Source of the DNA: Owenia fusiformis
Taxonomy: Eukaryota
Direction of reading: 5' to 3'
DNA: 64,000 nucleotides
NCBI GenBank assembly: GCA_903813345.2
Contig: CAIIXF020000001.1
Coordinates: 20,026,001 to 20,090,000 of the forward strand
In this document: positions 40,001 through 58,200 of the stretch, piece after piece
Layout of the letters: each line of letters begins with the position of its first letter
Numbering within the stretch: position 1 is the first letter of the stretch
Notes under the pieces: generated by a model
Told to the model about the DNA's origin: nothing
Databases searched by the model: none
What the model saw: the letters and a program-made list of their open reading frames with translations, nothing else
Translations under genes and position numbers: made by a program

Positions 40001-41151
40001 AGGATGATCCTGTGATGGAGGAAGTTCATTTGGGAATCAGTAGGCCAGAGATAGAACAACAAGTGAAGAAACAACTACAGGAGTGAGTAGACCAGAATGA
40101 TGAATGGTTCTGTCAATATACATTTCTTGGCCATTTAATCCTATCCTAACTGAAATCTTTGGAATGGTTCAAATTGAAATACATGTAAGATACTTTGGGC
40201 AATGTCTGGTAAGAAGGCACCTTTGGTACCAACTTTCCAGGCAAAGTCACTTTAAATCCTTGGCCCAAGAACTGTTTGTCAGCTGTCTTTTAATGTAGCA
40301 GTTACTAAATGTAAACGTGTGTACTTGATTACATTTAGTTTCTATACATTATTTCGGTTTCCTGTTTGTGAAATGAATATAAATGTATAATTTTTACAAA
40401 CTCTGATGCCAAATGCCAGTTTCGTGGTTAGAACAAAATGTCATCACTTCTTGATGGTAACCTTGTAACTTTGAATGTTATTTACCATGACAACTTCCAG
40501 ATTAATCAATAATTCTCCAAATCTTATTTATGAAGTATTCTTTTGTTTTGTTTTGTTTTTAGACACAGCAAGTTAATCTATGGAAAATTTAAAAATGCTC
40601 CCACATCTGAAGAAGAACTGGATGCCAAAATTGCTAAGCTTCAGCATATGAGGAAGATCTACCTACCCAGTAAAACTCCTAGTAAGAGCCCAAGATATGT
40701 TTTTCATACAATAGATGTCCCTTCTTAACAAAAATTTCATTAAATTTGATATCAGAATCATCTATTATTTAAAATAAAGATCAATACTTTGTCTTGTAAA
40801 GGATATTCTTTTAATATGTTGATTAAGGATAAAAATGGAAAATGAATAAGACGGGTATTCATTTGGTCAAAACATTGGTCTTCGTTTGACTAAAAACACC
40901 AAATAAGGAACACCAATTGCAAATAACGGACTGTATTATGATAAAAATTAAAATATCATTTTTACAATATAGTTAATTCTTTTTCAGCCACTGCCCCACC
41001 TTCCAGGATAGGAGCTATATCTCAACAGGACACTATACTAAATGCCCCAACAGTAGCTCAACCAGCAGTAAAAAACATTGAAGATCCTTGGGATCAGGAT
41101 GTTGATGAGCTTGTAGCATGGACAACTAACCTTGATGAAGATAACTTATAA
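37030..41151 (+). CDS. UBE2U: Ubiquitin-conjugating enzyme E2 U-like with long C-terminal extension, 9 exons, ~345 aa
   Basis: Exons 37030-37095, 37556-37640, 37978-38070, 38298-38395, 39016-39142, 39531-39719, 39986-40082, 40563-40681 (alternative donor 40669 possible), 40988-41151; phases consistent. MYSRAHLLIKRDF, FHTIPFHPNI, TGRPCINFLD (catalytic Cys), LLSNPVLDDAIN, SFEDYHKGWSGIATSK. Confidence 0.9.
37143..37505. mobile_element. Hairpin-plus-IR non-autonomous element in UBE2U coding intron 1
   Basis: ATTATGTCCCTATCATTGAATATA (37143) pairs with TATATTCAATGATACTGACATAAT (37245-37268) around a CCGAGCTTGCGAGG loop; degenerate second IR at 37274-37285/37490-37503. Confidence 0.65.
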
Positions 41152-41342
41152 TATTAATTAATTTAGAGTATTCCTTCTTAAAATGAATATGAGATTATTT
41201 ATTCTAAAAAAGAATTATGTGATATTTCATACTTTTATTGTCTACAAATGTAAATTCACTATGTTAGTGATTGATACAGTCTACAACAAACCATGGCTGA
41301 TAAATAATGTGAAGTGCTAAATTGAAAAAAGACACACTTTTC

Positions 41343-41907
41343 TTAAAGGGATATTCCTTGTGAGTCCATTTTTCTCTTGATATTTTAGCTCCAGTCATTT
41401 TTATACTATCCATATTTAGCTAAACATGGGAAAATTTTTTGATATGGTCAAAATTGATCATTTAAAAATGCTGTGTTCATTAATTTTCAAGTGGGCTGAA
41501 ATCATTTAAGTTTCCATACGGAAAGTGATGTCATCAACTATCAAGTTTGCATATAGCATAAGGTAATGAGGATAAAGAAGCACAAAACAATTTGAACACA
41601 TTTTAGTTATGTCTATGATTTGATTTTACAGAAAATTTCTTCTTTTTATTTTAAGTTGACAAGCCCTTAAAATATTTTTGCACAAAAGTAAGAACCAAAT
41701 GTCTAGTAGAGGCGATTTTGTGCTACTTTGCTATGCAGTTATGGGCAAGTTTAGAATAAGTTAATAGTCAATAATGACATCACTTCCTGCGTGAAATCTT
41801 AGAAGATGAGCACAGCATTTTTAAATGATCAATTTTCACCGTATCAAACATTTATTGGTTATAGCTACCTTATCAAGAAACAGGCTTGCAGAGAATATCC
41901 CTTTTAA
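41343..41907. mobile_element. TTAA-flanked long-TIR MITE (Kolobok/piggyBac-type target) downstream of the UBE2U stop
   Basis: TTAAAGGGATATTC ... GAATATCCCTTTTAA; internal AAAATTGATCATTTAAAAATGCTGTG mirrors CACAGCATTTTTAAATGATCAATTTT. Confidence 0.7.
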
Positions 41908-43977
41908 ATTAATGCTTATGATCTATACTTGACATGAATATTTAAATTGATCTCATGCTTTGTGCCAGTCTTGCATCAAGTCTCAAGTCCCTTCCTCTTG
42001 CTCTTGTACTCTTTGAGAGAGAACAGGAATGGCCACATAAGGGCTTGATGCAAGACTAGTCATATATGGGCACATATTTGTATGTCTAAGAGTGAAATGC
42101 ATTCAGGAATTTTTACTGTGATGATCCGTCCAACTGTACAGTCTTATTTTACTTTATGGAAACAATTTATTTTACTGTGATATTAATTTTGTCTTTTGTT
42201 ATTTTTTAACAACATTAAAACCTAACCCGGAAGTGCATTTAATGTAAATGTACTTCTGTATGATTTAAAATTAGAATGGGTATTAAAATATGAATTGGAT
42301 TGGGTGGATTGGTTTCATGTAAAAGGGTTGCGGACATAAATAGTATGGGACCAATGTTAAAGTGATTCTATACATTCCATACTTTGTAAATTCTTGATCC
42401 AATCAAATGCTTGATCCAATACTTACCTTAGAATTGAGAATAGGTTCCTCATTAAAGTTGCTGTGAATTTTCTTTTTTTGTACTTTTATAAAATAGGTCA
42501 CTTAATTTTATTCATTTTAAATAATTATTACCCCTGTACTCATAATCCAGGAATATTAATCCAGTGTTTGCACAAACCTGTAAACCATGTTGGCAATGAG
42601 TTAGAAGTAGAATGAGTTAGAATTAATATGTGTCCCCACTGAGGAAGCCATTTTAATATTTCACTGTACAAGACTAACAGATTATGTTTAAGAAATGCTT
42701 TTTCTTCAGATTTATTTACATATTTTATCATAATAATTCACTCCTACAATTCACATGCATTACATCACAATTCACATACATGATATTGAAAAGAAGGGTA
42801 GCAGTAACAGACTGTCAATTTTTATTTGCATTGTGAGTATTCAGGCTAAAGTCCGTCAAACAGGGCATCCATAAGTAAAAGACATGATAGATAAGTCTGG
42901 TAAATCACAAATCAAGTTCACATATTTCTTGATCGAAGTTATACTCTTGATGGATAGGCCCCTATGACAGGTGAAATGTCTATTAGACATTTACTCCAAT
43001 AATCATAATCCAAAGATTCATGTCGGAAAGAGGATGTGTTAAAACAGAGACATGTATAATATCTCTGGTTAAAACAAACTGAAACAAAATCTTTAATATA
43101 AAAAGTTCAGAAAAAATGTTAGCCCGTGGATGTTTTCAGGACAGACACTGCTAAATTAAATAATTATTTGAAAGTGGGTTTCTATAGATATTAAAATGAT
43201 TCAATCTCAAGAGGTAGACTAAGGTTGGTATGATGTGAAATATATATACTGTACAGGTACATGAACTGTATTGTGCGTTTTGTGTAAGTCAGTTCATATA
43301 TGAACATTATATCAAACAAGGAATTCTGACCTTGACTAGTGCCACCGAACAATGAACATCAGCTTGCCTTTAATCTACTGTTAGCAACTCTCTGTAGGAC
43401 TTGGGATATATGCCTGACAGAGTGAATCCTTAGATTCATCCCACAGATATGTCTTTGATTGTTCAAATGTCAATTGCAACTACATCTTCCAGATGTAATA
43501 TACAGATATACAGTAAAACCTGTCTTATCCGAATGCCAACAATGGGGCCAGCCAAAATTGTTTGGAACAGCAATTGTTCACATTTGTTCAAGTTTCTTCA
43601 ACAAGGGAGTCAATGGGAGATTACAGAATTGGGACTGAGAGTATTAATTTCATATAGAGAGGTGTTCAGATTACAGGGATGTTCAGATATAGGCTACAGG
43701 TTTTAGTGTTACTAGTATATTGTGATTATTATGTGATATCCATATATAGGCTCATACAGGCCACCACATTCATGATATGTGTTACGAGTATATGAAGTTT
43801 TGTGCCTAGAAGTATTGAACTCTGCATCACATCTATCTCACATAGTATAATAATGGAAACAGGCTATATGACTATGGTCATCTGTGAACCCAGACCTACT
43901 CCCTGGATACATTCAAGGAGCATGAGTTGTCTGAGTAAAAATTTGAGTTGATGCAGTAGAGATCCTATTATTACGTG

Positions 43978-48959
<4,982 letters not shown>

Positions 48960-51575
48960 TATCGCCCAGGTAAAGCCAAAATTTATTCAATAATATTTTT
49001 CGTATTTTATATAACAATCGCACTGAACGAACCAAAACAGATCAATCCCGGGGCTATATAATAATGGAATTTTAATATAAAATGTTTATAGGGGACACTG
49101 GAGGGGATAATTTGTGTAGCTTAAATGATTTATATAGCTTCAGGAGAGTGAGTATTAATCATACCCCAATGTACTACATGTAAATGTATTTTTTATTGTA
49201 GCTAAGTTATTAGTCCTGAATTGCATAGTCATATGTAAACCAATTCCTCTTGTCCCAAGAATTCTACATTACATGTACCTTTAGATCTCCTGCTGACTAG
49301 ATCGAGTTAAAAATTTATGGAACTGTAATGGAATGGAACGAGTCTAATATTGATAAAAGTCTTTTGAGACTAACATGAGCTACAGGAATCTGAGTCGCAG
49401 GTCTTTGGAGTCATTGAATTCTGAAACATTATTTTGACACTCACACCTTACATCTGAAGGCATTTTATTTGGATAGGCAATAAGTTGATGTTTTAATTAT
49501 TGAGATCTGTTGAAAGCCCATGATTTCATAAATTCTGATTTTTATGGTCGCATAAAACATAAATGTTCCAACAAAATTGGTGTCTTAATAAATGGGTTCC
49601 TTTTTTGATAAATATGGATAATGAATCAATCTCCAATCACTGGAAAAGAAATGCAAAATGTTTATAAATAAGGACTGTGCCATGAATGCTTAAAATAACA
49701 AGTGGGTGAAAGCTCACCATGTGAGCTAATAAATATGACACATAACAAAACAGGAGAAAATTTTAAACTCATGTATAACTTACATTTTATTATTGAAATC
49801 AAAATTCGTAATACAGCACAATTTGAAATCCTAAAAAACTTTGAAATATTGAGGTGCAGATGAAATTCATAATGATAACAATAAACACACAAGATTACAT
49901 CATTATTTTACTTCTGCTATTCAAGATGAGTGTCACTTTAATAAGGGAGTTGCTATATAGCTGAATACATAGATGTCAGCACTTGTTTTTGGTTGGGTCA
50001 GACTGCCGTATGCTTCAATTGTAAAAACATGCAATAGTCACTTAATTTCATGATTTATCAAAAAGTGTCGGTTGAATCTGTCTAAAACTCAAATGGCATA
50101 CTATTGGATGACCCTGTTAATGCTGTACATATTGTGATGATCATGAAAATGTTAGTTGTTGAACGAATAAACCAATGATTTAAAGAATTTTAACATTGCA
50201 TCAATGGAGATTTGGCCAACACTTTTTTTTAAGTAACATAACTGTATAAATAAAGTTATTATTGTGGAAAACTTTTCACTAACTCTATGCTATGGGCAAT
50301 TATGTAAAAAATGACATTGATCCAGTTTTTAAGTCTGTCATTAAAAGCAACTCGGTGTATATTATTTGATCAGATATTATGTTTTAGGATATGTGCAATG
50401 ATTTCACCCAAGGACATAGTAATTTGCATTGAAAATCATTGAAACAATAAAAGTTGCAATAAACTTGTAGGTAAACTTGATTTACTAAAATGAATCATGA
50501 TACATATACAGTTCATCCAGATATAGCAAAAAATGAGTTCCAACTTATTTATTAGATTGAGAAGCTGTTTTTTCTAAGCTCTGAACACCCTTGTTGATCT
50601 TAAAAAATTTATATTTTAACTGGAACTTATCATTTTAAAGGTACTCAAAATAATGCTCATGAGTGATATAACTGAGAGTTCTCGTTACAAGAAAATCCAG
50701 TATGACACTTTCAGATCTAAACAAACATAATATAAGCTCTTATCTTCCCTCCATCTATTGCACATAATGATTCTAAAATAATGCTTCCAAATAGCGCTAA
50801 ATATATACCATACTGTGGTATACATGTATCTTGTACATGTTATCAGTTCTCCTATAGTTAGCACTGCATTTGTTTTTAAACACTGAAAACATGTTTTACA
50901 AAGTCTATATTATTGAGCATTTGTGAATTGAACAATCATAATAATATACATTTTTAATTACCATTCACAAGGAGTCAGAAGGAATCTTCATTTCACTAAA
51001 ATGTAATAACAGAACATTTTACTTGCTTGTTTTACAATATTTTCACAAATTAAATTGTTTACAAAATTAAGTGTCAGTAAAACCATGGGCTTTCAACAGA
51101 GTCTCTTGAAAGCCCATGGTAAAAAATAATGTACAAACAATTTTGATTATATCTTTTTAAGTTATGGCTTAACACACTAAAAAGAATGATGAACATAATT
51201 ATTAAAGCACCTTGTGTGACAGTGTGAGATAAGATTTTCTCACTTGAGGAAGTCCTTTGAGTTGGTTTCTCATAAATACTCTGGGGTGGTTCATGAGAAA
51301 TGTCTGTGTTTTGTTCATGGGTCACACCAGATTTTCACAATGTTTTCTTGAAATCCTGAGTTAAATCTACTCTCTTTCGCTTGTATTAAGCCTTATCTCA
51401 CATATTTGAAGATGGGTTACTGTTAAAACAGTACACTGTGCATTCTTGTCATATGTTGTTTATATGGTTGCATATCTTATCACATATTGGTATAACTCCA
51501 TATCATATCGTGTTTGTATGACTACATATCCTGTTACACAATGCAAAGAGTACACACCAATACAGGTGGCATATA

Positions 51576-51926
51576 CTGTACTCCCAGTTAATTTCGCGAA
51601 CTTTGATAAATTACAATTTTGCAGCTATTAAGTTAACTTTAAAAGTTACCTTATGTACAATAACTACACCTACCCAATGTTATATTTGGATAAGATTTAC
51701 AATTACTAGGTCTTGGTGAATAACGGCACACTGCACCTCAATCTCTATTAGATCGTCATTTTACACTGGACAAACTGTTTACAAAAGCAAAAAGGATTGG
51801 AGTTGCAGGTAATAACAAATCCTTGGGGATTTAATTGGCAAAGTTTGCAATGATTATTTTTTGCGATTTTACCACAATCGCGAAAAGCATGAAACTAAAT
51901 CGCATGCAAAAATACTGGGAGTACAG
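51576..51926. mobile_element. TA-flanked MITE downstream of the DCAF15 stop, inserted in a degenerate CACACCAATACAGGTGGC repeat tract
   Basis: TA|CTGTACTCCCAGT ... ACTGGGAGTACAG|TA. Confidence 0.8.
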
Positions 51927-52248
51927 TAATCATCATAAATCGATACAGGTCACTTATATAGCCTAGTAAAACAAACCAATACAAGTAGCTTACATAGTCA
52001 AATGCATAATTAAAGTGGCTTAATTACACAACAATATACATGTAAAGTAATACATATTATTGTAATTACACACCAATACAAGCAGCTTAGTCATTACACA
52101 CCAATACAGGTGGCATGTATCAGTACACATTATGAAGATAATTTAGTAGGCTTATGACAATCCACTTGAGCCTTACACTGGCTGTACCACTCCTTGGCTA
52201 TTCAGGGTAGGCAGACATCCAGTGCATATTGTACCCCTCAGGCCAGGG

Positions 52249-55200
52249 TCATAGCACAATAGCCACATAGTGATGGGGGTCAACTATTGTCTTCAGCGAC
52301 TGACCTGCAAGTACATTAATCAAGGAAATTTATAACACCATTAAGTAGGATCTTATGGTTGGACCCTCACCTTTGTACCTTAACGGTTTTGAAATAGCTG
52401 GCATTCATTTGATATTTACTCTACCAATGGGTCTTAAAGACGAGTTTTAAGATCATGAAATTCTTATCATAAAACAGTAAATTAGGATATTGGCTTCAGG
52501 GTATTACCTTTGAAGACTGGTTGATTTGTGAGCACATGGACAGATGTAGCATAGGGCTGGGGGATGTGCCATTGTTTCTGCATGGACACACATAAACTGT
52601 GACCAGGGTGCCATTCTTTCCTGGAAACATCATCACATTTTACAATACATGTTGTTTTTATTGGAACAATGCAACATATTGGTTGATTGGCAACATAAAA
52701 TATGATCCTACAGAAACTAAAAGTAAGACTGGGTGTCTTACAAATATCAGTATATCAGGTGTCCCCAAAAAATAAGCCGCTTTTTGACAAGTATATATAT
52801 TGTTTGCAACACTGAAACAAAACAATATAGTCAAAGTAAATAGCCTTATCATATATATATGCAATGTCTAACAGTACTTTGTTGAGCATATTTATCTGAA
52901 CTCATTAAATCTAGTGAAGATTGCTCAAATACAATAAATGATCAAAATTGCCTATAATATCTCAGTACAGTTATGTCATAAAATATTGTACAAATACTGA
53001 TGCTTACCTTAAAAATGCCCTTTGGTCATATTCTTGTAGATCCTCAATATCTACAGTCTCATAGGAACCTACAACAAAATGACACAAAGAAAACACTTAT
53101 ATAATCTATTCAATCTCATTGAGATACAAGAACACAAACGTGTACAATATGTCCCCACCAATGGGTGATCCTGTCAAATGGATATCCTGATAATGAGTAG
53201 TCAAGACTTTATCGTTACAATTTTTTGACGGAAAATGCAAAATGGCCACCTTAAAATTTACCCAGAATGCCAGAAAATTAGTCAGCTCTAGATTTTCATA
53301 CTACGAACCAACCCTGAAAATTTGAAATTGATCCGTCAACAGTAAACAAAAAAATGCGTAAACAAGACTCTACAGACAAGATTTTAGGACGGAAAAATCC
53401 AAAATGGCTGCCTTGACATTTGCCCAGAATGCCAAAAAACTAATCAGTTCTAGATTTTCATACTAAGAATCATCCCTGAAAATTTGAAATTGATCTACCA
53501 AACGGTTCACCTGAAAACGCGTAGACAAGACTTTACAGACAAGATTTTAGGACAGAAAATCCAAAATGGCTGCCTTGACATTTATCCAGAATGCAAAAAA
53601 ACTAATCAGTTCTAGATTTTAATACAAGGAATCATCCCTGAAAATTAGAAATTGATCTACCAAACAGTTCACCTGAAAACACATAGACAAGACTTTACAG
53701 GCAAGATTTTAGGACGGAAAATCCAAAATGGCTGCCTTGACATTTACCCAGAATGCCAAGAAACTAATCAGATCTAGATTGTCATACTAAGAATCATCCC
53801 TAAAAATTTGAAATTGATCCACCAAATGGTTCACCTGAAAACGCGTAGACAAGACTTTACAGACAAGATTTTAGGACGGAAAAATCCAAAATGGCTGCCT
53901 TGACATTTACCCAGAATGCCCAAAAACTAATCAGATCTAGATTTTCATACTAAGAAGCATCCCTGAAAATTTGAAATTGATCCACCAAATGGTTCACCTG
54001 GAAATGCGTAGACAAGACTTTACGACAAGATTTTTGGACGGAAAATCCAAAATGGCTGCCTTGACATTTACCAAGAATGCCCGAAAACTAATCAGATCTA
54101 GATTTTCATACTAAGAATCATCCCTGAAAATTAGAAATTGATCTACCAAACGGTTCACCTGTAAATGCGTAGATAAGACTTTACAGACAAGATTTTAGGA
54201 CGGAAAAATCCAAAATGGCTGCCTTGACATTTTCCCAGAATGCCAAAAAACTAATCAGATCTAGATTTTCATACTAAGAATCATCCCTGAAAATTTGAAA
54301 TTGATCTACCAAACGGTTCACCTGGAAATGCATAGACAAGACTTTACAGACAAGATTTTAGGACGGAAAATCCCAAATGGCTGCCTTGACATTACCCAGA
54401 ATGCCCGAAAACTAATCAGATCTAGATTTTCATACTAAGAATCATCCCTGAAAATTTGAAATTGATCTACCAAACGGTTCACCTGGAAATGCGTAGACAA
54501 GACTTTACGACAAGATTTTTGGACGGAAAATCCAAAATGGCTGCCTTGACATTTACCAAGAATGCCCGAAAACTAATCAGATCTAGATTTTCATACTAAG
54601 AATCATCCCTGAAAATTAGAAATTGATCTACCAAACGGTTCACCTGTAAATGCGTAGATAAGACTTTACAGACAAGATTTTAGGACGGAAAAATCCAAAA
54701 TGGCTGCCTTGACATTTACCCAGAATGCCCAAAAACTAATCAGATCTAGATTTTCATACTAAGAATCATCCCTGAAAATTAGAAATTGATCTACCAAACG
54801 GTTCACCTGGAAATGCGTAGACAAGACTTTACAGACAAGATTTTAGGACAGAAAAATCCAAAATGGCCGACAATAAAAAAGTGATGATGAGTTTTTGCTG
54901 ATTTCTTCTTACAAAATTATCACATATAACTACTGTTAACAATAACATAGGCTATTACAACAAAGTACACCTGAAATTATTTATAAAGCTACTAAATAGT
55001 TAAAGTATGAAAACTGAAAAACACCATTCAATATGATACAAAGTATTATCGCGCGCTAACTTTTCTTAAAACATTCAAAATGGCTGACATGACTGAGCTA
55101 ACAGGTCCAAAACCTAATCAGATGTAGAATGAAGTGAGCTGAACAAGATATTAAAGTTTTAAAAGCAACTGTGAAGCCGTTTTTCTTAAAGTTTGCAGAC

Positions 55201-58200
55201 AAGGATTTTAGCATTTGACTTCAAAATGGCCGACAGGAAGTAGGTATCGAGTTAAATTTTTTTCATCCACATCTGTATGCACTCATAAGTTATCCCTGAA
55301 AATTTGAAGGTGATATCTGTAGCTGTTTTGGAGAAAACTGCCGGACGTACGGACAGACAGACGGACAGACAGACGGACAGACAGACGGACGCGCGAACTC
55401 CCGTGCAGTGATATATCACTGCGGCGGGCAGGTGTCTCACCGTAAGCATGGTAACATCGTAATAAACAACTGACGTGATTGGTTCTAGTCCCATGCTCAG
55501 GTCGCGTGATTGTAAAATTTAGACAATTTCATTGGTTGAATTGCGCGTATTAACTAATAGACAACACGTGCGGTAAACTTTTATCAACACAACTTTTACT
55601 CAGAATTCCTTCCGCGGGGATTTGCTCTTATATTTCATTGATTTGGGAATATTTTGACAAAATAATTATTGGTGAACATAAAAGAACATATATTTTATAA
55701 GTTGTGTGAAAAACAAGTACATCTGTGAGAAAAAGGGGGACTATCTTCCCCAAATTTTGGGGATTCCATAATCTGCCCGCCGCAGTGTCTATACCGAGAC
55801 ACTGCATTGGAGTTCGACGGACGCGCCTAGGCCGACAATATGGCCCCACACTATGTGGTGGGGACATAATAAAAGTGCAATGCTATCCCCAGGTTTTTAA
55901 TGGAACCAGTTGCATTTTTGTACCCTATTCTGTAGAGAATCGAAACAACTGAAAATCCAAATTGTCAAGATTTTCAAAACCTCAAGTAGGTGCAAATAGA
56001 TTTTCAATTTGATGCAAGGCAATTTTCAGGTTTGAAACGAGGTGCAGAACCTTGTTGCCTAAATGCTGTCGAGTTCATTGAATTGTGAATAAAGGAGTGG
56101 ATGTAATATTTGCTCTCTGATCATCTATATTATATATAACATTGATACTAAATATGAAAAATAACACAGATGATTTTATTCAATATGCGAAAATATATTT
56201 ACCAGTGCGCAAGTTCCATATAAGTTTAAAAGATGTCTGGTAAACTTTGGGAGGTGCTCTAGTGTGATGCTTGTAGTTGACATCTTTCTTAATGTGTGGT
56301 GACTTACAGCAGACCAGGGCCAAGACTATCACTACAACACTGTAGCTTTCAGGACAAACCTGTCAAAGAGTGGGTACATTAGTAAGGATGTGTATTTACA
56401 AGACAAACTTTTTTCTTTGTCTTGCTTCTTTCAAAGTTTCCTTTAAACGGTCTGTTTGTGTAAATCGCAGATGTTTTGCGACTCCTCTGGTCATAGGCTT
56501 TTTGAAAAAAAAGTAACCTAAAACTGAAATCATATTTTCAGAGGTTTTAAATTGTGTCACTATTGTTGGCAGACAGATGGAGATACGTACAAACGGACAC
56601 ATCAGTAATTGCAAAACCTCACCATGAGAGCTAAAAAAACACAATAATGGGAAATGAAATCATTCCACTTTCAAGAAGAACGCTCTGTACATGATTTTTA
56701 ATATGACTGGATGCAAAATATATGAAATGAACTCAGTCTAATTCACTCCTTCAAAATTCCTGCCTTAGGTACTAAGAAACCTGATGGGCTGATTATTTCA
56801 TTACATAACATGAGTGCTTATCCAACAACTTACTGTTAATATTTGCATGTCATAATCTGTGAATGAGATATATCTGTTCCCCCAGTCAGCATGCTGTCTC
56901 ACAGCCTCTCCTATATAATGCTCTATGTCCATTGTCAGCTGTTTAACCACTAAGCCACCCTGCAGAAAAGACCAAAACAATTAGGTTTCAACTTATGATA
57001 TTGCGGACAAGAAACAACACATATACATGTATTTGACAAGGGTTAACGTAATACCCAGTATGTGTCTCGTTTGCAATTTCTAATATTTTGTGTTCAGCTT
57101 TCTAACGTTTACTGTAAAGTGTAAACCAATAGAAAAAGGACATAATAAACCCTGGATGTTGTGGTTTCGTTTCGTTTGGTACAAATATTAACCCCAGTCT
57201 ATTTTCATATAATAAAGGGAGGATGACTATATATTTGACAGGTTACTTCTTTTTTGTAACAGTCATAGTTATATCCAGGTTTCTTTAATCAATAGAAATC
57301 TATGGAGTCAATCATTGATACATGTGTGTTCAGTGATATAATAGCAAGTTTGTTTGGTAACCTTAGTAACCTACCTCTGGATTGTCCCATTCTGAGGTAG
57401 CAAGGCGCATGTGATTTGAGTTACCCATCAAGACCTCGAGAGGTAAAATACTGTTGTATGATAAACTTAGATCATCTGAAAAACACATGCGAGTTAAACA
57501 ATCCATGTATGTTAACACCTGAATGGTTTTTAAGAAGCACATTTCGAAGTACAGTGTTCATTTACTCACTTAGGCAATTACAAGAGAATAATAATCAGTG
57601 ACCATTTTGAATGTGGGACATTTTGCATTATTTGTTTATATCACTATTACAATGACTTATTCTTGACTAACTCTTTAGAAGGCATTCAATGACACTGGAG
57701 TCCACAGGCTCTAACTACAAAATACACAATGATTATTTTCAAAGACCTATTAAAACAGATACCAACCTTCAGGTTCAGTGTTGTCCAGGTGGCTGCTCTC
57801 TACATATCTACGTATTGAGTAAGTGAAACACTTAGAGTCATTCTGAAAGACTAGAGGGCTACTGACGCAGGAGCTACACGTCCCTTCACTTGGCTCAGCA
57901 CCATTCTCCAATGATAAACACAGAGGAGATAGATATGTGTACTTGTTAAGATTATTCCTGTCTCCCAGTGGTAATGCTAGGTAGGGATTCTCACCTGCTG
58001 AACCTGGGCTACTGGGATTAAGTCTTTGTATTGAGTCTTTGTCTTTTATAGGTGGGGTAGGGGGCTGTAATATTGGAGACTCTGGGCTACTCATACTTTT
58101 AAGATTGTCATCCTCAACTGAACTCAAATCAAGATTCTTATCCTTTGAGCTGAGATTATTTTTCTGTTCTCTCATGTTAGTACAGTCTGAGAGTGGAGAT

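Larger units (their letters stand above)
53126..55872 (+). mobile_element. HINE/pearl-like Helentron-type element carrying an internal satellite array, in a DCAF15 intron
   Basis: ACAAGA start; perfect 13-bp subterminal IR TATGTCCCCACCA (53148-53160) / TGGTGGGGACATA (55856-55868); 3' hairpin 55838-55868; (GACG/GACA)n microsatellite 55344-55390. Confidence 0.85.

Noticed and set aside
52249..52251. DCAF15 TGA as selenocysteine or readthrough codon
   Set aside because: The stop falls where the human C-terminus ends as I recall it (..YxxIVL), and I can identify no SECIS element.
53200..54870. Tandem tRNA, 5S or snRNA gene array
   Set aside because: No A/B boxes, cloverleaf or recognisable RNA-gene sequence; the array lies inside HINE termini.
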